Part shown: positions 26,168 through 32,377 of the stretch, piece after piece
How positions within the stretch are numbered: the stretch's first letter is position 1
Layout of the letters: each line of letters opens with the position of its first letter
Assembly (NCBI GenBank): GCA_964201695.1
Contig: CAXNGM010000001.1
Location: 1 to 32,377, forward strand
DNA from: Bacteroidia bacterium
GTDB taxonomy: Bacteria > Bacteroidota > Bacteroidia > M30B66
Reading direction: 5' to 3'
DNA length: 32,377 nt
The notes under the pieces: model-generated
The model's database searches: none
What the model saw: only the letters and a program-made list of their open reading frames with translations
Told to the model about the DNA's origin: nothing
Made by a program: the position numbers and the translations under genes

Positions 26168-26685
26168 GCTTCTTCTTTAAACCAAGAAGCATATTTCAAA
26201 TAATTATCGGCAATGCGGTCTATTTGTCCGCGCACAAGTTCTTCGCTCACTTTCTTCACAGGTTTTGCAGGTACTCCAGCCCAAATCCAGCCCGATTCTA
26301 CCACACTATTTTCAAGGACTACCGCTCCGGCAGCAATGATGCTTCCCGAATGCACAACGGCATTATCCATTACAATAGCGCCCATTCCAATGAGGACATT
26401 GTCGTGTAACGTACACCCATGAACTAGCGCGTTATGCCCAATTGAAACACGATTACCAATAGTGGTTGCTGCTTGTTCGAATGTAGCATGAATCACAGCA
26501 CCATCTTGAATATTCACGCGATCGCCAATGCGGATAGAGTTCACATCGCCGCGCACCACAGCATTAAACCAAACACTACAATCGCGACCCATAATGACAT
26601 CTCCAATAACGGTTGCATTTTCGGATAGGTAAATATTATCACCAAACTGGGGAGTAAATCCCCGAACAGTTTTTATTAATGCCAT
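26164..26685 (-). CDS. Gamma-carbonic-anhydrase-family left-handed beta-helix protein (YrdA/PaaY-like)
   Basis: 173 aa with hexapeptide repeats throughout: YLSENATVIGDVIMGRDCSVWFNAVVRGDVNSIRIGDRVNIQDGAVIH... Confidence 0.9.
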   Translation of the reverse strand: MALIKTVRGFTPQFGDNIYLSENATVIGDVIMGRDCSVWFNAVVRGDVNSIRIGDRVNIQDGAVIHATFEQAATTIGNRVSIGHNALVHGCTLHDNVLIGMGAIVMDNAVVHSGSIIAAGAVVLENSVVESGWIWAGVPAKPVKKVSEELVRGQIDRIADNYLKYASWFKEEA

Positions 26686-26800
26686 GTGTGATAAATGTTA
26701 ATTTGTCAAAGTAAAGGGAAAATGTTATTCTACATGAACTATTTAAACTTTAACGCATAAGAAGGCGAAAATTTCCTTTAATCGTTTTAACTTTCCAGCT

Positions 26801-28453
26801 ATGAAAAAGTCATTAGTTACATTCATTTTCAGCGTTTTTGCCGCTGTTTTATTTGCTCAAGAGATTGAAGGGCAAAAAGTTAAAACCAAACCCGAAAAAG
26901 TGACCCTGTTTATTCGGGGCGCTCAGGTTGATTCAAAAGGCAGCGGTCCGTTAAAAGTAGGAACTCAAACAATTGTATTCGATAACCTTTCAAACTTCAT
27001 AGATCCTAATTCTGTTCAAGTAAAAGCCAATGCAGATATTACAATACTGGCTGTAAATTATCAACTCAATTACCTTGAACCTCAAAATAATTCAGAATAT
27101 AAACGATTGGAGGATTCAATTAAAATCTGCAAGAAAGACATTGCTCGGGTTACTCTAACTAAAAATTCCTTTCAAGAAGAACTAACCATGTTGGCGGCAA
27201 ACAAATCGATTGGTGGAGCAAATAATGGTGTTAGTGTTACCGAATTGGAGAAGATGGCAAACTTTATTCGCAACCGAATTGCCGATGTTTCATTGAAACG
27301 ATTAGAATCGGAAGAAAAAGAAACCAAGTTGCGCGAACGTCAAACGCAACTCGAACAACAATTGTATACCCTGAAAAATTCAGGAGCTCAACCAAGCGGA
27401 GAAATCGTAGTTACAGCAATTTCAAAAGAAGTGGGCAATGCCAATTTCGAACTAAGCTATTTTGTGAGTAATTGTGGTTGGACGCCTGGTTATGATGTGC
27501 GCGTGAAGGACGTAAATACTCCAGCTAGCATTGTTGCCAAAGCAAGTGTTTATCAAACAACCGGGATGGATTGGAAAAATGTCCAACTATCATTAAGTAC
27601 CGGAAATCCAACTCAGGGAAATACCAAGCCCACATTAAATCCTTGGACCTTGTATTTAACCGACCGCACTATTTACAAAGAAAAAACGAAATATCGCTAT
27701 AAGAGTATGTCTAATGATGATTATTCAGGTGCCGCTCCTTCTGCAATGGATAAAGATATGAGGGCGAATAAATTAGAGGAAGTTGTTATAACAAATTCGT
27801 GGAGTAATACATCTGCTTCAAACACAGTGGTTGGAACGAGTACAACTAATGCCATCTTCGACATCAAATTACCCTATACAATTCTTAGCAATGGTAAGGT
27901 GAATATTGTTGAAATTCAGGAATACACGGTTGCTGCCAACTATTCCTATTTTGCAGCACCCAAAATCGATAATGATGCATTTTTGGTTGCCGATTTAATT
28001 GGTTGGGACAAAAACGAATTGCTTCCCGGTGACGCCAATGTGTATTTTGAAAACAACTATGTTGGCAAAACCTATTTCGATTCTAGAATTGTTGATGACA
28101 CACTCAGTTTTGCCTTAGGTCGCGACAATAACGTTCGCATTCAACGCAAACAAGTCAAAGATTTGAAAGAAAAAGTGAGTATATCGGGAAGCGTAAATAA
28201 ATTGAATAGGGAATTTGAAATAGAAATAAAAAATACACGTAAATCGTCGATTGTATTGGAAATGGAAGATCAAATTCCATTAACATCCAATTCAGAATTA
28301 AACATTGAAAAAACAGGAGCAGAAGGAGCTTTTTATGATGCACAAACAGGGAAACTGACATGGAAAATCACGTTGAATGCAGGTGAATCTAAAAAGTTAG
28401 CATTTGGATATACTTTAAAATATCCGAAAAAATACAATTTGAATGGTTTATAA
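26801..28453 (+). CDS. DUF4139/MuiA-family (mucoidy-inhibitor-like) secreted protein
   Basis: Signal peptide MKKSLVTFIFSVFAAVLFAQE, an N-terminal VTLFIRGAQV... segment, a central coiled-coil-like region and a long beta-rich C-terminal part, as in DUF4140/DUF4139 proteins. The family call is from memory of the architecture. Confidence 0.7.
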   Translation: MKKSLVTFIFSVFAAVLFAQEIEGQKVKTKPEKVTLFIRGAQVDSKGSGPLKVGTQTIVFDNLSNFIDPNSVQVKANADITILAVNYQLNYLEPQNNSEYKRLEDSIKICKKDIARVTLTKNSFQEELTMLAANKSIGGANNGVSVTELEKMANFIRNRIADVSLKRLESEEKETKLRERQTQLEQQLYTLKNSGAQPSGEIVVTAISKEVGNANFELSYFVSNCGWTPGYDVRVKDVNTPASIVAKASVYQTTGMDWKNVQLSLSTGNPTQGNTKPTLNPWTLYLTDRTIYKEKTKYRYKSMSNDDYSGAAPSAMDKDMRANKLEEVVITNSWSNTSASNTVVGTSTTNAIFDIKLPYTILSNGKVNIVEIQEYTVAANYSYFAAPKIDNDAFLVADLIGWDKNELLPGDANVYFENNYVGKTYFDSRIVDDTLSFALGRDNNVRIQRKQVKDLKEKVSISGSVNKLNREFEIEIKNTRKSSIVLEMEDQIPLTSNSELNIEKTGAEGAFYDAQTGKLTWKITLNAGESKKLAFGYTLKYPKKYNLNGL

Positions 28454-28471
28454 TTTTGCTAGTTAAAACAT

Positions 28472-28509
28472 AAAAAAGCCAGATTGGAGTGATTCAATCT
28501 GGCTTTTTT
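28472..28509. terminator. Bidirectional rho-independent terminator between convergent genes
   Basis: A 9-bp GC-containing stem (gccagattg 28478-28486 with caatctggc 28495-28503) and an 8-nt loop. It is flanked by A6 (28472-28477) and T6 (28504-28509), so either strand reads stem plus U-run. Confidence 0.75.
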
Positions 28510-28533
28510 ATTAATACCCGAACCATCAAAATA

Positions 28534-30126
28534 CTAGGATTCTTTTTTAATTGGCTGCCAGATTTTTAATTTCCAATCTTGATTTGTGTAATACATATTC
28601 AATGTAACACTATCTATGAGTGTATAATATTGCTTTATCAATGCGTCTTTGGCTGACCAATGATCTTTTTCGAGGATGATGTAATCGAATTTTTGATTTA
28701 CAATATTCTCTTTTTCCAGTTTCCTAAAATAGTCAGCTCTTTCTTTTAATTGCTTTGTAAATGGGAATTTACTGTTGAAATTTTCGTTCAAGGTAGAGTA
28801 ATTAAAATACCCATTTAACCCGGTCATATAGGGCTGTTTTTTAGCATATACCATTTCGGAGGCAATTGCTTCATCGGTTAAAATTAGTTGAGATGAATTT
28901 GATGCAATGATTGATTTGATCTTCTCCCAATCCGCACTATTTTCTTTTTTAAAATGCCCTGAAGATGTTATTAATATCGTTGTAGAGTATAAGCAATATG
29001 CTATGAATGGAACCGAAACAAATGAAATTTCTTTTAAGTAAACGGTAAGTTTTAAAGCGATTATTATCAATGAAAACGCCAAAAGTTGCATGTGATAGGT
29101 CATAAATGTGCCTTCATTTCCACCCAATCGAATGAGAAGAATAAGGAACATGCAAATCGATATAAATACATAGGGATCAATACTCTTAGGCAATAGTGGT
29201 TCGGAAAATTTTCGGAAATTGAATTGAATTTTCAACTCGCCCAAGCTCGAATTTCTAACTTGTTGGTAAATCAAGAATATTCCCGCAAATACTGAAAAAA
29301 TGGTAAGGCCCAATAGATATTTAAAGAACAACGTATTGAGCTGCATAATGGAATATGCCATATTATTATAACCAGCCGCAATTGCCATTCCTACGGTTGT
29401 GTTGTAAAAATAACATTCAAAATAATGGCTTATTACAAACATCGAAAGGAACAAAGTTGTAAAAAACAACAGGCCAAATTGAATGGATTTTCTTATAGAA
29501 ACAAATAAAAACACATAAAATAGAATGGCCGCAAATCCAAGAATACTATACTGTTTTGTATAAAAAGACAGGATGGAGAATAAGATTCCAAACAAAAGCG
29601 ACCGGCTGGAGAATCTATAGAATATTGGAATTAAACAACTGCAAAGAAAAAATAATAAAGCGAGTGCATCTGGTCTTCCAGTGGGTGTTACATAATATAA
29701 ACAGCATGCATAAAAAATGGTAATTCCTGAAAGATTAATAATTAGATTAATCTTTTCCCGCTTCATCGCAATAAATAAAAGTGCCGATGAAAGTAAAATA
29801 GACAAAGCGCTTACAAGCCGAAGTGTGAATAAGTTTAAGCCCGTAAATTTTGCAATAATCCAAGAAACACTTGGGTAAATAATTCCAAAATTATCGGCAA
29901 GCCATGGTTGATTCTCGAGCTTATATGGATTTAGACCTCGCTCGAGTCCCCAAACAAAATTCAATTGTGCCCCTTCACGAAATTCAATTTGATAAGGATG
30001 ATTTATTAATTCAATATGCTGAGCAATCAGTAGTGAAAAAAACTTAATTGTTACAACTGCAAGAATCCCTAAAAAGAACCAATTGCTCCATTTGTAAGTG
30101 GTTGAATTAAAGATTTTTTTCAGCAT
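28534..30126 (-). CDS. Polytopic membrane protein, putative GT-C-type (ArnT/PMT-like) glycosyltransferase
   Basis: 530 aa with roughly 11-12 hydrophobic segments, then a hydrophilic C-terminal domain of about 130 aa. It is the last gene of an operon that contains a polyprenyl-phosphate-type GT2. The function is inferred from architecture and context only. Confidence 0.5.
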   Translation of the reverse strand: MLKKIFNSTTYKWSNWFFLGILAVVTIKFFSLLIAQHIELINHPYQIEFREGAQLNFVWGLERGLNPYKLENQPWLADNFGIIYPSVSWIIAKFTGLNLFTLRLVSALSILLSSALLFIAMKREKINLIINLSGITIFYACCLYYVTPTGRPDALALLFFLCSCLIPIFYRFSSRSLLFGILFSILSFYTKQYSILGFAAILFYVFLFVSIRKSIQFGLLFFTTLFLSMFVISHYFECYFYNTTVGMAIAAGYNNMAYSIMQLNTLFFKYLLGLTIFSVFAGIFLIYQQVRNSSLGELKIQFNFRKFSEPLLPKSIDPYVFISICMFLILLIRLGGNEGTFMTYHMQLLAFSLIIIALKLTVYLKEISFVSVPFIAYCLYSTTILITSSGHFKKENSADWEKIKSIIASNSSQLILTDEAIASEMVYAKKQPYMTGLNGYFNYSTLNENFNSKFPFTKQLKERADYFRKLEKENIVNQKFDYIILEKDHWSAKDALIKQYYTLIDSVTLNMYYTNQDWKLKIWQPIKKES

Positions 30127-30154
30127 GTCTTGTTAAATAAAAACAATAGTAAAA

Positions 30155-30892
30155 TTAATGCGGCTTCTTTTTATAATCGCCTTGGGTAAAATGTTTTTCA
30201 ATAAGACAATACAGAAGAATAAATAGATACCTACTACCCATTTCTTTTATCTTAAGTTTAGACTCCCCATACTTGCGGTTTGTCCAAGAATTAGGAAGTA
30301 CAGCATACGAATATCCCCGAACAATGGCTTTCAAAGGGATTTCAAGTGTTAAATTAAAATGGGGTGACAAAAAAGGCTTCAAACCTTCAATGGTTGAACG
30401 TTTATATAATTTAAAGGCATTTGTACAGTCGTTGTATTTTAATCTAAAAACAGCGCGCACTATAAAATTTGCTAAACGATTAATCCTCTTCTTCAAACCA
30501 GGATAATCAATTACAGCTCCACCCGGAATCCATCTACTTCCAAAAACGCAATCGTAGCCTTCAAGAAGTTTATTGTAAAATTTAACAAGATCTTCGGAAG
30601 AATCCGAGAGGTCTGCCATCATAATAGCAACGCAATCTCCCTGATAATTATCTAAGCCTTTTCTAACTGCATATCCAAAGCCATTGGGGCCTTCATTTGT
30701 GATAATAACCAAGGTTGAAATAGTCTCTTGAAGTTTCATTAAAACTTCGAGGGTATTGTCTTTAGAATTATCATTTACAACTAAAATCTCGTGAGGAATA
30801 GTGTTTTCCGAAAGTGTTGAATAAAGCGTATTCAAAGTTTCTGTAATACTTTCTGCTTCATTGTATGCAGGTATGACTACACTTAATTTCAT
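30155..30892 (-). CDS. Glycosyltransferase family 2, polyprenyl-phosphate sugar synthase type (DPM1/ArnC/GtrB-like)
   Basis: MKLSVVIPAYNEAESITETL...ILVVNDNSKDNT and MADLSDSSEDL motifs. I prefer ATG 30892 (4 nt after the upstream stop) to the track start 30928, which overlaps the methyltransferase gene. Confidence 0.85.
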   Translation of the reverse strand: MKLSVVIPAYNEAESITETLNTLYSTLSENTIPHEILVVNDNSKDNTLEVLMKLQETISTLVIITNEGPNGFGYAVRKGLDNYQGDCVAIMMADLSDSSEDLVKFYNKLLEGYDCVFGSRWIPGGAVIDYPGLKKRINRLANFIVRAVFRLKYNDCTNAFKLYKRSTIEGLKPFLSPHFNLTLEIPLKAIVRGYSYAVLPNSWTNRKYGESKLKIKEMGSRYLFILLYCLIEKHFTQGDYKKKPH

Positions 30893-30896
30893 AGAT

Positions 30897-31556
30897 TTAG
30901 TTTGGGGTGTTCGGCTTTTGAGCCACAAGTAGGAATTGTTTCCCTAAAAACTTCCAAGCAAATGGCATTTTGAAATACATTTTCACAAAGAAATCAGTTA
31001 CTGGGAGTTTTCCTCTGAATGAAAGGGGTAAAAATTTAGGGTGTATTTCATTTATATTAAATCCCGCCCCATACAAATGTTCAGCTACGCCAAGCTCAGT
31101 TAAAATAACAGTATGGTCAGCAAAATCGAAATAGTTTTTAGAGCAATATTTAAAATTGGGGCCCATAATCGCAATTTTTCCTCCGGGTTTCAAAATAGAA
31201 AACATGCGTTCTAGAAATAGAGCAACTTCATGCTGAGAGTTTAGATGTTCTAAAAAGTTTGACACATAAACACCATCGAATTTATTTAAGGGTAAATCAA
31301 CCTCTAAATTATTTCCAATTATTACATGAACTCCATTAGCGGCAGTTTTACTGGTTTCATCACCCATATCAACTGCCCATCTATCTTTGGATGGAGATTG
31401 ATTAATGAATTCACAACTTCCAGCTGCAGGATCAATTATTGAAACCGGTTTTCCAAGTTTTTCATGGATAAATTCTGCAATCAACTTCCATGTAGAAAGC
31501 TTTTTACTTTTATCGACACCCTGAAAACGATATTCATAAATACGATTGTAATTCAT
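30897..31556 (-). CDS. Class I SAM-dependent methyltransferase
   Basis: 219 aa with motif I-like IIDPAAGSCEF, VYVSNFLEHL and LKPGGKIAIMGPN segments. Confidence 0.85.
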   Translation of the reverse strand: MNYNRIYEYRFQGVDKSKKLSTWKLIAEFIHEKLGKPVSIIDPAAGSCEFINQSPSKDRWAVDMGDETSKTAANGVHVIIGNNLEVDLPLNKFDGVYVSNFLEHLNSQHEVALFLERMFSILKPGGKIAIMGPNFKYCSKNYFDFADHTVILTELGVAEHLYGAGFNINEIHPKFLPLSFRGKLPVTDFFVKMYFKMPFAWKFLGKQFLLVAQKPNTPN

Positions 31557-31579
31557 AAAATTGGGGGAGTAATCTTATT

Positions 31580-32377
31580 CTAAATTCGTTCTAACATGCA
31601 ATCGTGCATCTCAATCAATGTGCTCTCTAAGTTGAACTTCCAATCCCAACCTGGATAATGCGATTTAAAACGACTAACATCACTTATGTACCAAATATGG
31701 TCACCAATACGGTTTGTTTCTGAGTAGCTATAGTTCATTTTGTTTCCGCTAATCTTCTCGCACCAATCAATGGCTTCTAACATACTGCAATTAGCGAAAC
31801 GGCCACCTCCAGCATTGTAAACTTCACCTGCTCGTGGGTTTTGGAAAAAATGCCAAAACATATTTACAAGGTCATAACTATGAATGTTATCTCGTACTTG
31901 CTTGCCACCGTATCCAAAAATAGTATAATGATTTCCATTTATTGCACATTTCATAAGGTATGCGAGGAAGCCATGTAATTGCGCTCCACTGTGATTGGGC
32001 CCTGTTAAACAACCGCCTCTAAAAACACCCGTTTTCATACCGAAATACCTTCCATATTCCTGAACCAAAACATCGGCAGCAACCTTACTTGCCCCAAATA
32101 AACTGTGTTTTGTTTGATCGATGCTCATTGTTTCATCGATACCATGAGTATAAAATGGATGTTCAGTAGAAATTTCCCAACGCTTATCTAACTCAACCAA
32201 AGGCAAGAAATTTGGCGTATCGCCATAGACTTTATTGGTGGATGTAAAAATGAAAACCGTATCGGGGCAATAAATACGAGAAAGCTCTAACATATTCAAT
32301 GTTCCCGTTGCGTTTACACTGAAATCGGTTAGTGGTTCTTTTGCCGCCCAGTCGTGGCTTGGTTGCGCAGCAGTATG
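31580..32377 (-). CDS. NAD-dependent epimerase/dehydratase (extended SDR), N-terminus beyond the window
   Basis: The frame is open to the window edge: the reverse complement of 32377 onward reads [61 protein letters not shown] contains the SDR YxxxK region. The track start at 32299 is an internal Met. Confidence 0.85.
   Translation of the reverse strand, partial: HTAAQPSHDWAAKEPLTDFSVNATGTLNMLELSRIYCPDTVFIFTSTNKVYGDTPNFLPLVELDKRWEISTEHPFYTHGIDETMSIDQTKHSLFGASKVAADVLVQEYGRYFGMKTGVFRGGCLTGPNHSGAQLHGFLAYLMKCAINGNHYTIFGYGGKQVRDNIHSYDLVNMFWHFFQNPRAGEVYNAGGGRFANCSMLEAIDWCEKISGNKMNYSYSETNRIGDHIWYISDVSRFKSHYPGWDWKFNLESTLIEMHDCMLERI

Noticed and set aside
1-32377. Search for tRNA/rRNA genes, CRISPR arrays, IS elements, integrases, long direct or inverted DNA repeats and large non-coding islands
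   Set aside because: Coding density is near-continuous and the largest gap is 217 nt. I saw no repeat-spacer periodicity, no transposase- or integrase-like translations, and no cloverleaf-sized conserved gaps. This was a by-eye scan, so short or degenerate elements could have been missed.

Overview
This is a 32.4-kb, gene-dense chromosomal segment with about 29 CDS and no intergenic gap longer than 217 nt. It looks like Bacteroidota, probably Flavobacteriia-like. Three things support that: a cargo protein with a type IX secretion (T9SS) type B C-terminal domain, TAnnTTTG promoter boxes with no Shine-Dalgarno sequences, and flavobacterial-style carotenoid genes.

Gene order, left to right:
- a 3'-truncated secreted Omp28/thioredoxin-like protein (-)
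- recJ (-)
- a carotenoid tailoring operon: crtD-like, CruF-like, crtZ and a lycopene cyclase domain protein, followed by an unknown lipoprotein and a GT2 glycosyltransferase (+)
- an 882-aa NIDO-domain T9SS cargo protein (+)
- metF (+)
- rlmN with a translationally coupled unknown secreted protein (-)
- an amidohydrolase, an SNF2 helicase, and a POT peptide transporter / SulP / beta-carbonic anhydrase operon (+)
- yebC, an acyl-CoA carboxyltransferase beta subunit, and a CarboxypepD_reg-like hypothetical (+)
- a gamma-carbonic-anhydrase-like protein (-)
- a DUF4139/MuiA-like protein (+)
- a minus-strand operon of SDR epimerase (5'-truncated), SAM methyltransferase, polyprenyl-phosphate-type GT2 and a GT-C-like membrane protein

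I saw no rRNA, tRNA, CRISPR, transposase, integrase, phage or recognisable defence genes. I do not see a clear-cut new system.

The best candidates for under-described biology are:
- the lipoprotein+GT2 pair attached to the carotenoid genes
- the AT-rich epimerase-methyltransferase-GT2-GT-C cassette
- the inorganic-carbon gene neighbourhood
- the NIDO-domain T9SS cargo protein with no PorP/SprF partner nearby
- a 65-nt divergent region whose two promoter boxes predict leaderless mRNAs

All functional calls rest on motifs I read in the translations. None has been checked by a database search.
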